64,000 bases of DNA from an uncultured Phycisphaerales bacterium (GCA_965371725.1 CBDUZO010000008.1:3636-67635); one strand, 5' to 3'; counted from the first letter of the stretch, positions 10,601-19,611 are shown. The notes: generated by a model from the letters alone, not told the origin. A program made the numbers and translations.

Positions 10601-12287
10601 CGACAACCGCAAACACGGGGAAGACGACCCGCGTGGAAGTCCAATCGGACAGCCAATCCGCGGGAGTATGGACGGCCTGGAAGAAGATGCCGTACACGTG
10701 CCCCGGTGGAACGCTGGACGGCAGATGAACGCGAACTCGGGACTCTTCCAAAGAGTCAGCTTCGTACACGTCAAACGGTAGGCTATTGCCGGCCGCGTCG
10801 GTCACATCGTGGATATGCCACTCGCTGGGAGCAGAAAGAGCGACATCGAAGATCTTCTCGACCTCCGGAAGCAACGAAATCCCGCCGCGCGCATGAAGAT
10901 TTTTCTCATCGAGCGTTAACAGAATGCTCGTCTTCACCGACAAACGTGCGGCAGGCTTCTCGAACCGGCCCCGAAGCTCGGTGGCGTCGATTCCGATCGG
11001 CGCATAGTAGGCTGCCACCGTTCGCAGACGCGGCTCGCCGGCGCTGCGCTCCAATAGAGTGGCGGGCAGCGCGCCCCGAAGCACGGTGGTGTCGATGGGG
11101 ATCAGATTCTCGGGTTTCAGCGTCGTGATCTCGAGCCCATCCTCGAGGAGGACGCCTACCACGGAGGCCGTGCAGGCCACGTCGAGTGGGCGGACTTGCG
11201 GCAATGTCCAGTTCGCGAGCCTCGACACGTCCTCCTTGGAAACGCCTGAAAACGAAATGCGCACCATGCCGGTAGCCGGCTCGCGAAGACACACGTCGAG
11301 TACGTGTTCGGGCCCGGCCGTATCTACTCCCCAATGGGAAAGCAAAGGCGAGTTGACATTGGTCGGCTCGAATCCGACCGGCAAGGCGAAGCGAAACCGA
11401 TCCACCGGACGATGGAGCACATTCATGGAAAAGGTCGCGTGCAGCCGTTCGTAGGCCTCCGTGATCTCATCCACTATGACGGCACGGGCGACCACCACAC
11501 GCCGGCTTTGCAGCAGCCGACTGTTCAGCGTCATCACCAGCGACACCGTACCCGGAACCGCCGCAGGCTCTGCGCGGGTCACTTGGGCGGCTTCGTCTGC
11601 AACCAATGCGACGCCGGCCCGTTGCGGCAGCAACTCAAAACGAGTTGTTTGGGCGTCTTCATCGAAACTTCGATTGATAACAGTGGCGCCTTTCCTGAGC
11701 TCGACGTTTCCCGGGACGACCACGCTCATTCTCGTGGCGGGCGGTGTCGGCACTTGAAACTGTAGGGATTGGAACGCAGCGGTGGTTTCTACTCTGGTGA
11801 CCATGTCGAGCACCAGTTCATGGCTCCCCACGCCCTCGACGAATAGCTCAAGGGCATCGTCCTTGCCACGACCGATCGGAGCGCCCTGTCCATCGAGCGT
11901 CGCGGCGCGGAGTCCGACGCCGTTCAAGCCGAGGTCTACCGTGTGCATTCCATCGTTCAAGACTTCGACGGATATCGTGCCTACCAATACCGCACGCGCC
12001 TGCTCGATGGCGATCACATATTCAGCGGCGGCGAGCATGACCGATCGCGGCGCGTGTGCTTCCGGCTGCTTGCGAGCCTTGTCCAGGAGAGACTCATACT
12101 CTGCGCGCGAAAGAAGCACGCGTTCCGGTTGGTCCTCCAGCAAACCGGACAGGTCTTCAAAGGGAATGTAAATCTCTCGGTTCATCTCGCCTGAAACGGT
12201 CGGTTCGAATTCGGCGAGAGCGTATCGGCCTGTGCCGATCAGACCCGTGAGCACCGACAGCAGTATCAGGATAGTGCGACTATTCAT
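4632..12287 (-). CDS. Giant (2551 aa) secreted/membrane-anchored protein of unknown function, made of two fused paralogous modules
   Basis: Track ORF 4632-12692. The first 135 codons overlap the upstream gene and are Arg/Ser-rich, so I placed the start at internal ATG 12287 (MNSRTILILLSVLTGLIGTGRYALA, a signal peptide). That ATG overlaps the upstream stop as ATGAATAG. A mid-protein TM cluster (about 8700-8950) is followed by a second signal-like segment, TVATAIVALALITCQTAQA. The C-terminus has an acidic/Gln-rich tract and terminal TM helices. No catalytic motif recognised. Confidence 0.8.
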   Translation of the reverse strand: MNSRTILILLSVLTGLIGTGRYALAEFEPTVSGEMNREIYIPFEDLSGLLEDQPERVLLSRAEYESLLDKARKQPEAHAPRSVMLAAAEYVIAIEQARAVLVGTISVEVLNDGMHTVDLGLNGVGLRAATLDGQGAPIGRGKDDALELFVEGVGSHELVLDMVTRVETTAAFQSLQFQVPTPPATRMSVVVPGNVELRKGATVINRSFDEDAQTTRFELLPQRAGVALVADEAAQVTRAEPAAVPGTVSLVMTLNSRLLQSRRVVVARAVIVDEITEAYERLHATFSMNVLHRPVDRFRFALPVGFEPTNVNSPLLSHWGVDTAGPEHVLDVCLREPATGMVRISFSGVSKEDVSRLANWTLPQVRPLDVACTASVVGVLLEDGLEITTLKPENLIPIDTTVLRGALPATLLERSAGEPRLRTVAAYYAPIGIDATELRGRFEKPAARLSVKTSILLTLDEKNLHARGGISLLPEVEKIFDVALSAPSEWHIHDVTDAAGNSLPFDVYEADSLEESRVRVHLPSSVPPGHVYGIFFQAVHTPADWLSDWTSTRVVFPVFAVVGALRDVGAIAVRAGEDMAVYPQTMDRLTPLDEDEKAAYGLAEMTASYQSPAYRYEAQPYHATFRVERTAPRLTARTYSFVRLESELLTAHYEIAYDIEKARTRKLSLRLPESTPPDLSIQALDGVVIKEYQGSMVDGMRRWTIELAEGHRDTVRLAVDFEQGLDTPDEKELELPIILADDVVYQSGFVSVEGGPEVDLNITSHPRKVDVGELSGATYRPERAVLGPRRGGGVFAFVGDGPEVTVLISRPPEYALPPAIVQHAELVTLVSDDGVSQSAARFHLRTKAAFLQIELPADSILWSAELDGMPAKPQREGGHLLLSVPAKTANDLRDLQIVYETPVENAAFWSDLNVYAPRLLLRADGGNSPGIDVPVANLDWHLYLPTGFDVVNHGGTVTGTPAAAPELAVWTMSKFLYRLAGGVNLFYYLPKLSRARELSTGSLSRIKGIATSSRIYEAESPTSRTQAMRRSRRARSSKKKAEETQPATQEGRVAGIAGADEKKGDQVAAGGRPGRWTLEGVRSLKIDLERSGQLIEFQSLGHDPRLDVTLINNRRVRSLTWGLALGIGVFGLALTNRSARSKALYVITTFSVATLAPLISGSPGMMYIANPLVYVACLLVPFYLLVRLIRWSARNSRGPQVQPTVATAIVALALITCQTAQAEPTHPTGQPDDPVFVRLVESAGPMTVPDDAIIVPYDPMLNAGIFPGTTPADQLLVPYRKYVELWNLTHPRDPLAFKRSSADYVLAGAAFSATLEGDRHLKLTGHLDIDVHTEEPLAVPLLLGGGVVIQAALDGAPARMGVARSDFVENGTQGDDATIAPLTLPLQGKGRHRLDLTVRLQVVRRGGWSIVAGRLPTAPATTLTLQVPGTGTEVRLSGAWDNRFHETTSPMETIETALDESGSIGIEWRPKVHEGYVDPSLTATSDALFDVREDGLRLIWQLNLDFGRTERDGFTAIVPGDYLVQTIDGPNVRGWVSNLLDSADDRLQNQELRVSLLRPARESGNVTIVLHRTALIGREATTPFDVPAVEAAGAVLHSGRLTIRRSPLLSVRTNQAVGVTRTDVSEDALNMARVVDNGQESPLGVQAYQAYQFTTTQFHIELTAASTTSRPSVDIQTVLRIGDRQRKLESRLSVSPQAHPVYQVRAAIPDDLVVDNVLAPTAFEWSIVSEDDRKILNVYLSTGRHDRFSIQIHGTLGEETAIESLSLPRVEVLDVLSQQGEIVVQSDPAIAVQTAELQDCREIALDRTYGWLSAEQRPLSRLAIRYTSPTYSGLVRISFREPIVTCSTLTNVRVTATAVEETVLLDFGIERAGIRRIEFFLPGWMKDARISLPLLRQKSVAPVSDAPDAAVHVSLLLQDDIMGRLRVLVENDRPLTTLLQRAPVPIVETGRVERQFVTLENAGRDEVLIDKLEHFETLSHQQKEWRTLTDLLGGSITQAYVANAQDPLLTFKTKERDVVETAGARIGLAETVLTADSSGAYRAALSYRMDNRTEQFLEVELPKDAQLWSAMVAGEPVKPARTTGASGSRRVRIPLTRTAAGDLDYVVLLKYGGYMPAPGGLRRVEFPLIATVNIPVELSQVRLFLPDTQRWSNFSGTMRRVLGEGDLAAGVVRYQTRLVERLIRTMLGDSPFAQVRAAANLEILKPQTAEYRQFASRYGFNRDLQQEIVSNDAIVRQAEVQSKELIDERQSGGVKDNRDKLNSVYANQEISRARNRVRGLPDNFRQTESSTDGQRQDEQYFDLGWLPANKLGQLEKAESSEDLEEEEIEPSFTADYDADARSQQRQAARQQSQTIFQSDSVERSDLRQGKKQRRVRRGETNEAVALYQQQLQKPRGPAEQADAEYDTVEASDHDIVGDIARWGIPVGAWPEEGAGLASLAVEFPARGVSFFFTTPRGEVTITARSVSHQFIETMRRIGLALAVIAIGTVGWVARLKWHAWFTPRAWSTLVIVCGFAGAIIGVLPILGLVMLVVGVGARIALRRRERAVALA

Positions 12288-15200
12288 TTTTCGCTCCTCC
12301 CTCCTGCTGCTCCGGTTCACTCCGTTTATCATCGCCGGAATCCGCGGCGCGTTTCGCCGACTTGTCGACCTTGGGCGGTGCCCCGGAAAGCGATTGAGGA
12401 TCCGGTACCGTCGCGGCCGGCGCGAGAGCGAGTTTCGCGCGAATTCTCGCCATCCGGACTTGCTGACGCGCTTCCCTTCGGGCGATGAAATCCGGATCGC
12501 GCGGTCGTACCCAAACGAAGTATTGCACCAGCAAAATAACGGTGACCGCGAGAATCGCCAGGAACAAGACTGCGCCGATGATCTGTCGCGAAAACGTGGG
12601 CACAAAGACTCCGAGTAGTACGAGCATGGTGAGAAACGCGCCAACCGCAAGAAAGCGAATTCGTGCCGGGTAGCGCAGTAGAAATATCCCAACGGCAGCC
12701 ACGATCACGAAGACGGTTGCGCTGAGCAGATCCTCGTTGATGGTGACCAGAGTGAGGGCGCCGTCAGGCGGCGGCAGCGGTCTCAAGGTCGAAAACAGAT
12801 AGAACCGTCCGTCGGTTTGAAATGTCTCGCCGGGATTGGCCGATACGCCGACACCCTGGGTTACCCACGATACGAGCTCTGCATCGTTTCGCCGAGGATA
12901 CGACTTGAAACCAAGAGAATCATCGAATCGCCAGCGCAACTCATCGGTCCAGGGACCGATAGACCCGAGGAACACCCACTCCGGCGGGAGGTAGGCACCG
13001 AGATACTCTTTCTGCACCGCGGGCTCGGACGGAAATACCGGACCCGCAAGCCACGAACTCCCCGAGGGCAGAACATAGCGGATATCGAGCAGGAACGGTT
13101 CTTGGGGGTTGGACCCTGCCAGCGGCACGAAGTACTCGCCCGTCCGCCCTTGTTCAAGAGGCACCGGCTTGTTGTTGATTCGGACCGGGTCGCTGTCGAA
13201 TTCCACGCCCTCCGGGAGATTGACGGCCAGCCGCTGCCGTGCGCTGCGCACGCGGTATAACGCTTGGGTCGAGATTCGATCGCTTCGCGTGACGACGGTT
13301 CGTATCAAGGCACGTTCGATGCTGGTGTGCTTCAGTTCTTCGAGTTTGTAACGAGTCGCGGTGACGGCTAAGGCCCAGTTGTCATGAAACTCGAAGGCAC
13401 GTGCGGCGTCCTGTACGGTCGCCGGATCGACGCCTTGCATCAGGTCATGGCGCGGATCGATCGGCCGCAGACCGACCGGCGAGATTGATGATTCGTCTTC
13501 CACGGCCCGGATATCGATCGTCTCGGCTTTCGCCAGGACAATCTGACCCCATGCACGGTCGACGTCCCGCGGCACGAGGCGCGGCATGGTGATCGTCGCG
13601 CTCTTCCCGATGTCGAGTGCATCGATCCCAGTCTCCCAGGACAGCTTGATGGTTGCGGTCCCTTTGAAGACCTTGTCTCCTCGCAGATTCCACGCAATGC
13701 AGCCGTCCGACACATCCTCCGGCGGCGGATCGATGGCCGATTCACTCACACCGCGAGTGTCGTTCTGGATCTTTGCGGCCAGATCGGCGGGCACGTCAAG
13801 ACGCAACGATTCAACGCCGCTGTATCGAATTTCGTAAAGGAAGGTCGCGGTGTACTTGACCACCCCGGTTTCCACTCTGGCCGCGAGCAGTTGACGAACG
13901 GTGACGTGCGGCTTGCGTCGCTCGGCTTTAAGCGTCAGCGTGAAGGGGTCATTGGCAAATGCATAGGCGGCAATGTTGGATACGGAACCGGCGTTTCCCG
14001 ATGACGGCGCACTGCGCCCTACGACTGATTGCATGCCGTTCATCGCATCGGACAATGAGACGCTACGAAGTCCCTCGGCTGCCGCCGGGTTAAGGCGGAG
14101 GCACTCAGGGGCGTAAACAACCAACCGCCCTGTCGCTTGCTCCACATCCGCCGAGGCGATTCGTGGACACCCGATCGCCACATCGGTGGCGTGGCCGGTC
14201 GGTTCCTGCAAATCGGGTTCGTCCAGCCGTTTGAACAGGTCAAACGCGAACCCTACCCGTCCAAGCGCCTGTTCCCGCAAATTGACGATGACTTCGGTTC
14301 GATCGTCCAAAGTCTCGGGATAAGTGATGCTCTCGGGCTTGACGGCCGTAACCCCCGGCACCTGAACGACACGGTCCGTTCGCACCAAATACCCAGGAGG
14401 GATATTGAGCCCCAAGCGAAAAACGCCGGCTTTCCTAATGTCGTAGATGGCCTGCACGTGGAGCGTCATCGCTTCCGGTTGGAGAACCGCTTCCACCAGT
14501 GTATCCATGGTGATGCGCGGTTTGATCTTCTCGATCCTCAAGGCCAGTTCAAACGGCAACGCGGCATAACGATAACTCAACGCCCATCGATCGGCGGCCC
14601 GGGCGGCGGAAGACGCGTGCGGTACGTCGGAGGCGTCAATTTGCATCAGACCGGAACGGCGGGCGGTCTCGACGCGCAAGCCCTCGGCCACCGCTACGGC
14701 CAGCACGCCCTGCTGCCGGTCCGCATCTACCGCCTGGACGAGCGGAACGACGATTTCGTCCGTGCCTGCCAGCGTGGCGTCACCCGTGAACCGTTCCAAT
14801 TCCACAGTCACGTTCTGCCGACCTCGGGCCACCTCGAACAACTCCGCCGTAATTCGTTGTACGTCGCCATGGGTTTCCACCGACCACTGTCGAATGTTGG
14901 CGTCGAATACACCGATGACTTTTTGCTCGGTAGGAATCTCCAGGACGAGTTGATCGATGGGCGCTCGGCTGATATCGTAGGTGATGGTCACGTGTGTGCG
15001 GACGACGCCCTCGTACACGTGTACTTGCTGAAAGGACTCTGCAGACACCAAGGCGGTCAGTCCCGTGGCCCCGTCCGCACGAGGCGTCCAGTCGATCCGT
15101 ACGTGTGGCGCGGCCCCCACAAAGGCCAGGACGACGGTCTCGTCCGGTTTCGTTTCTTTCGCGTTTTCAACCGGAACTTCCGTCGCCGCAATGAGCGGGT

Positions 15201-15855
15201 GAATGTCGACCTTGACCCCGGCCTCGGGTATTCGCACGCGCCACCGACTCACCGGCGCTTGCGGCGCCTCAAACGACACGCTGTTTCGACCGGGCGACTT
15301 CGTGAAGGCCTTGGCGTATTCGAGCGTAAGTTCGACCTCGCGCGCAAGTGCAGTTTCATTCTCCAGAAGCAACCGATGTCCGCCGCGGCCGTCGGCGACG
15401 ATTCGCGCCGGCCGATCGTCGATCTTCGCCGAGGTTATCGCGGCGTCACCGAGACGTAGCGGGATCTGATGCCATCCTTTTGTCAAGACCTCGATGCGCA
15501 GACGTGAGACGACCCGGACCACGTCCGCCGCGACCTCTGCATCACTCGCAACCTCGGTGATCAATGCCTCCACCGGCGGACGCGCGTCCGGCGGCTTCGA
15601 CGAGGCCTCGCGTGCAGCCCGCCACAACTCCTGGAATTGTTCATACGGCAGAAAGACGCCCCTTCCCTCTCTTTCGAAAACGCTTCGCAGTCTCTCATAC
15701 GGAATGTAAACAGTCCGTTCCCTTAGAGGATCCTTACAAGACCCGGCGGTGTTGACCGTCACCGGCGAATCGCCCGCGGGCACGGACCCCGCTGCACACA
15801 AAACCCAAAGGCTGGCCAGACCCAGTACGGAGGTGCGACGCTTGAGATTGATCAT
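12280..15855 (-). CDS. Large (1191 aa) secreted/membrane-anchored protein, paralogous to the modules of the downstream giant gene
   Basis: Track ORF 12280-16020. Start placed at ATG 15855 (MINLKRRTSVLGLASLWVLCAAGSVPA signal peptide, GAGAGGAA RBS upstream). The opening motif TVYIPYERL...FLPYEQFQELW echoes EIYIPFEDL...SRAEYESLL in the next gene. The C-terminus has multiple TM helices and a charged tail. Confidence 0.8.
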   Translation of the reverse strand: MINLKRRTSVLGLASLWVLCAAGSVPAGDSPVTVNTAGSCKDPLRERTVYIPYERLRSVFEREGRGVFLPYEQFQELWRAAREASSKPPDARPPVEALITEVASDAEVAADVVRVVSRLRIEVLTKGWHQIPLRLGDAAITSAKIDDRPARIVADGRGGHRLLLENETALAREVELTLEYAKAFTKSPGRNSVSFEAPQAPVSRWRVRIPEAGVKVDIHPLIAATEVPVENAKETKPDETVVLAFVGAAPHVRIDWTPRADGATGLTALVSAESFQQVHVYEGVVRTHVTITYDISRAPIDQLVLEIPTEQKVIGVFDANIRQWSVETHGDVQRITAELFEVARGRQNVTVELERFTGDATLAGTDEIVVPLVQAVDADRQQGVLAVAVAEGLRVETARRSGLMQIDASDVPHASSAARAADRWALSYRYAALPFELALRIEKIKPRITMDTLVEAVLQPEAMTLHVQAIYDIRKAGVFRLGLNIPPGYLVRTDRVVQVPGVTAVKPESITYPETLDDRTEVIVNLREQALGRVGFAFDLFKRLDEPDLQEPTGHATDVAIGCPRIASADVEQATGRLVVYAPECLRLNPAAAEGLRSVSLSDAMNGMQSVVGRSAPSSGNAGSVSNIAAYAFANDPFTLTLKAERRKPHVTVRQLLAARVETGVVKYTATFLYEIRYSGVESLRLDVPADLAAKIQNDTRGVSESAIDPPPEDVSDGCIAWNLRGDKVFKGTATIKLSWETGIDALDIGKSATITMPRLVPRDVDRAWGQIVLAKAETIDIRAVEDESSISPVGLRPIDPRHDLMQGVDPATVQDAARAFEFHDNWALAVTATRYKLEELKHTSIERALIRTVVTRSDRISTQALYRVRSARQRLAVNLPEGVEFDSDPVRINNKPVPLEQGRTGEYFVPLAGSNPQEPFLLDIRYVLPSGSSWLAGPVFPSEPAVQKEYLGAYLPPEWVFLGSIGPWTDELRWRFDDSLGFKSYPRRNDAELVSWVTQGVGVSANPGETFQTDGRFYLFSTLRPLPPPDGALTLVTINEDLLSATVFVIVAAVGIFLLRYPARIRFLAVGAFLTMLVLLGVFVPTFSRQIIGAVLFLAILAVTVILLVQYFVWVRPRDPDFIARREARQQVRMARIRAKLALAPAATVPDPQSLSGAPPKVDKSAKRAADSGDDKRSEPEQQEGGAKNE

Positions 15856-16730
15856 CACACAGTTCCTCTCTAGCTGACTGTTGAGAAGTTCCGAACGAAC
15901 CTCCAGATCCACGCTATTCGCCGCGCAACGTCCGCCACGGGGGGCGGCCGCTACCTTTTTCAACACGCTGCTAGCCGAGCGTGTTTGAGGCGTCCCTGCC
16001 GAGTCTGCCGCCCGGTGCACAGCTTACCCCAGTATTCATCTACACGCACGAACTGTCTATCCCTTAGTACATGAGACGCACCACGCAAGGTTGCAGTTCC
16101 CTGAAAACGTCACCACCGGGCAGATCGGTTCGCGGACGTGAATGATCTCTTACTGCTATCCGATTACTACGTCCAGGGGCATCAACTGGTTGTAAGAAAG
16201 ATGTAACGACCGAATCAAGGCGAAAGGATCGGCGAGAGGATCGAAATAGCGTTCCCATGCGACATCGCCCTTCGGGTTTGTCGTCCCGTATTCGGCAGAA
16301 TCCCTGGGCCAGGCGTTTTCGCCTGCGGAAGCGACCGATGGCCAGTTCGTCGGGGACACGCCAAGCTGGCATCAGACGCAAAAAGTCGCCCGGCGAGCAA
16401 ACGATGGCCACATTGGCGACATGTCACGCGATCTCCGAGTTGTGTCTCCCGAATGTTCCTTGCCTGAGCCTCCTGCCAAATCATCCAGAATCCAGCTGTC
16501 GGCGACCGTGTCGGGCGATCGCCACCTGCTGAGTCCACCGACGATGCTAAACTGAATCGCATCTTCGGTGCCAGAATTGTGGCAGTCTCGTGGAGGCGTG
16601 GTGCGCGAGCCGCTTGATGATATTCGTGAGCTTCTCCTGGCGGAGTTTGCCTAAACAGATGTGCGTCGCAACATGCGGCAGTCACCACTACGTGGTGCGG
16701 GAGTTTGCAGCGCCCTACACAGACTGCTTA

Positions 16731-17066
16731 TTATTCAACCTTACGATCGTCACGCTCAAATTCGGAGGCCCAGGATCTCATGCACTGTGCGAGCAGTTCT
16801 CTCGATCTCGTGCTGGTTACCAAGCGAGCAGCGTGGCTACTCGAAGTCGCCGGATGGCGAGGCCCTTCGGTGAAGCGTTGCAACGCCTCGGTCGATGTGT
16901 ACGTCGTGCCGCCGACCTTGAGACTCTTGAGCTTGACACCACGCACACCGTGGTTGATCCACCTGTACACCGTGGTAGCGTGCACGTGCTTCCCGTTCGC
17001 CCTCGGTGGCAGTTTTGCTGGCACTTGACGCATCGGAACGAGTTCCTCGTTGCCGATGTCGATCAT
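16731..17066 (-). CDS. DUF1580-like helix-turn-helix protein (excisionase/MerR-like fold)
   Basis: The 111-aa ORF contains ...KHVHATTVYRWINHGVRGVKLKSLKVGGTTYTSTEALQRFTE. This is the signature pattern (sTlyRW...GvrGvkL...iGG...TS.EAl.RF) of the planctomycete DUF1580 family. Confidence 0.6.
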   Translation of the reverse strand: MIDIGNEELVPMRQVPAKLPPRANGKHVHATTVYRWINHGVRGVKLKSLKVGGTTYTSTEALQRFTEGPRHPATSSSHAARLVTSTRSRELLAQCMRSWASEFERDDRKVE

Positions 17067-17224
17067 GAGCTTCGCTTCTCCTTAATGACGCACAGGAACA
17101 GGTCAGCCGCGCGCTGAAGAACCGCCCTCGTAAACGTTGGCCAAGAGTAGCACCCACGTAGCACGGCCACGGATCACCGCTTGACGAAATCGACCGTTTT
17201 CGTAAGTGCATTATTTGCTGTAGC

Positions 17225-17620
17225 TTACAGCCGGGTTATACGGACGTCGCGTGTCGAGCGGCTGTCAGCGAAACAGTAGGTCGGTTTGCCGCGTGTTCCG
17301 CACGGGAGCTGGATCGATACGGTCGGTGCACCCGGGTCACCAGCAGACGCAGCCGACAGCATCGCCGGTGGTGCTGGAACCACCGCGACCTGCCGGAAGA
17401 CGTCGGGTCGCGCGGGCATACGCCCACGGCGTGCCGCCTGCTGGAGCTTCCTGCCAATAGTAGAACGAGGCAACGGACACCCTTTCCCCGCTACAGAACC
17501 GCGCCACGGTCAGGCCGCAACGCGTCTCTGGCGGTTTATCGTACTACTACTCAGAAGAACCCCAGACAGGATCGCGACGCCACTCTTCATCTTCCAGCCA
17601 GGAAACCGGGTGCCTTCTTT
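17225..17620 (-). pseudogene. Degenerate remnant of an IS66-family accessory (TnpA/orf1-like) gene
   Basis: Reverse-strand pieces lie in shifted frames with stops. They include ...CGLTVARFCSGERVSVASFYYW (an HTH resembling sGLS.aaFCr..gis..sFy.Wrr) followed by ...RKLQQAARRGRMPARPDVFRQVAVVPAPP...APTVSIQLPCGTR (resembling F.pV.v.....ieI.Lp.G.r). Recognition is tentative. Confidence 0.3.
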
Positions 17621-18182
17621 CTTGGCTTTGTTCTGCCTCGAGGCCCTGTGCGTTTTCGCCTTGCTCCTGCGCTTACTGTAGTCCGTCGGCAGGCTGGTGG
17701 GATCTTGTGGATCTCGATCATGATCCACCGAGAGTATACGGTCTTGGTGAATTCGCCCGTCCCGCTCTAACGCCCGCTCCGATACGGCACTTGCGTAACC
17801 TTGAGCCACCCCAGTCATTCATGGCGAATCCCCTCCGGGTCGAATTCTCGGGAAGCACCCCGGCTTCCTTGTGATCGGGAGAGCGGCTCGAGATGGGTGG
17901 ATGATTCGGTCGCGGAACCCGACGGTGTATGCCAGCCTTGCAGGCGCAGATTCCAGTCTTCCGAGAAGACCGATGCGAAGAGAAAGACGAGCGAGCAGGC
18001 CGCCTGAAACGCGGAGTCCAACTCATCCGCTAGTAAGGGTGGACGCAAGTACAAACGCTCACGGGCGCCGTGTCGCGTTAATCGGCGACCGATGTACCGC
18101 CGAGCCCAGCATGAAGGCCGCTACAACCGATGGCACAAGGTCGCATTCGAATGTCGGATTCGGCCGTGAACGGAGCAATCCA

Positions 18183-18644
18183 ATGAGTTCGCGACTCGGC
18201 GTGCACTTCTCCAGCAGTTGCGACGAGTGGTCCACGCCGGATGACCTCTTTGCGGAGCTCAACGAGATCTTCCACTTTGACCTCGACGCTTGCGCATGTC
18301 CGCAGAATGCGAAGTGCGAACGCTACTTCACGAAGGAGCAGGACACACTGAAACAGCACTGGCGTGGTACCGTTTGGATGAACCCGCCGTACGGCCGAAA
18401 GATCGCTGCGTTCATGCGCAAGGCCTACGAGGAGTCGCTAGCCGGCGCGACCGTCGTGACCCTTGTTCCGAGTCGCACGGACACCGGCTGGTGGCACCGC
18501 TACGCAAGACGCGGTCAAATCATCTTCCTCCGCGGCCGCTTGAAGTTTGGCGACGCCAGTACATCGGCACCGTTTCCTTCAGCCATCGTGATCTTCTGGG
18601 GCGGTCGGTTGGGGCAAGCCACACGCCCGGAACTTGCGCCATGA
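18183..18644 (+). CDS. Phage-type DNA N6-adenine methyltransferase (Dam, PF05869-like), orphan
   Basis: Starting at internal ATG 18183: MSSRLGVHFSSSCDEWSTPDDLFAELNEIFHFDLDACA...HWRGTVWMNPPYGRKIAAFMRKA...LVPSRTDTGWWH. The STP...FDLD and NPPY motifs are typical of small phage Dam enzymes. No adjacent endonuclease gene. Confidence 0.8.
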   Translation: MSSRLGVHFSSSCDEWSTPDDLFAELNEIFHFDLDACACPQNAKCERYFTKEQDTLKQHWRGTVWMNPPYGRKIAAFMRKAYEESLAGATVVTLVPSRTDTGWWHRYARRGQIIFLRGRLKFGDASTSAPFPSAIVIFWGGRLGQATRPELAP

Positions 18645-19169
18645 GCGAGTGCAGCAACTGATAGCGATAGTGTGAACGTCCAGGCTGACCGTTCCTTCAA
18701 CGCAACATCGATGCGTGACTTGGCTTCCCGTGAAAGCCGTCAAGAACGCGAGTAAACCGGGAGCAGCGGACCGATGGATGCTCCTTCGCCCACTGGTGAA
18801 TAACATGATGTCCAATGACACGCGATTGACGCCTGCGTGCCCCCCAAAAAGCGTAGATTGGCGTCGCCGCTCGCCAAGCCAAGGATCATCACAACGGACC
18901 GGCCGATTCGAACCGCCGACGTCCAGCTTTGGAAGCAGAAAACAGCCGATGATAATCCCGCGTAGAAGGCCGCAAACGCCTATGGTGAAAGGACTTACAT
19001 TCTGTTCCCTGACTGGCTCGGCGCTGCTTTCTGGACTGTTTTGACACTGCTCCTGCCACGAATCTGCCACGACGTTTTGGACGCCCCCGACGGGCTTTCG
19101 TCGCCACCGTCCGCCGCAAGAACGTTTGACTCGTCTTACCTCCCGAATGCCAGCTTTTTTGGCTGGACG

Positions 19170-19565
19170 TCACTCTAGCATCGGTGGAGTATGGGTCGTC
19201 TTCGAGCTTTCGTGGCCACGGCTTCTCAGCCAACGCTGGATACCCGTGCCACACAGGATGATCGCTCCGTGATCCCGGTTGCTACGAAAGATTCGGCCAA
19301 TTGCCTGGATCAGACGAACCGCCATTTGTGCCGGTCGGTGCGATTCGGTTTGGAGACACTCATCCAAGAAGCGATTGATTAGCCCTGGGCCTTGGGGAAG
19401 CCCGTCGATGACAAGGACCCGGCACGTGTCTCCGGGGAGATCGATGCCGTCATACCGTGCAACGAGAATGAGCTTCTGGGGACCGGTGGATCGTACAGAG
19501 GCGTCGATGCCAACCTGTCCGCGTATGCTCCCGAACACCGGCCCGCGATAGAAATGGCTTTTCAC
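19170..19565 (-). pseudogene. C-terminal fragment of a Rad3/DinG-type (helicase_C_2-like) helicase
   Basis: The 131-aa ORF has ...LILVARYDGIDLPGDTCRVLVIDGLPQG...AIGRIFRSNRDHGAIIL, which resembles the C-terminal motifs of DinG/XPD-like helicases. There is no N-terminal helicase domain and a stop lies immediately upstream. Confidence 0.45.
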
Positions 19566-19611
19566 GTCGCGGAGCCGGCGCTAAAAGTCACTCCTATTTT
19601 GCGGCGCGCCG

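Noticed and set aside
12288-12692. The N-terminal 135-codon extension of the giant ORF as given in the ORF track
   Set aside because: It overlaps the 3' end of the upstream gene in another frame, is Arg/Ser/Cys-rich with no structure, and precedes a perfect signal peptide at ATG 12287, which is coupled to the upstream stop.
14137-15459. The 440-aa plus-strand ORF, and many similar ones (5290-5871, 10155-10781, 11304-11765, 7311-7679 and others), inside the giant-gene region
   Set aside because: These are typical GC-rich shadow ORFs. They are Arg/Gly/Pro-rich, carry no motifs, and are entirely antisense to long minus-strand ORFs that have signal peptides, TM helices and RBSs.
18901-18920. A tRNA-like T-arm motif (GGTTCGAATC on the minus strand), considered as a possible tRNA gene or att remnant
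   Set aside because: The flanks do not fold into a cloverleaf. The T-stem has only 4 bp with an oversized loop, and there is no matching acceptor or anticodon arm. At most it is a relic.
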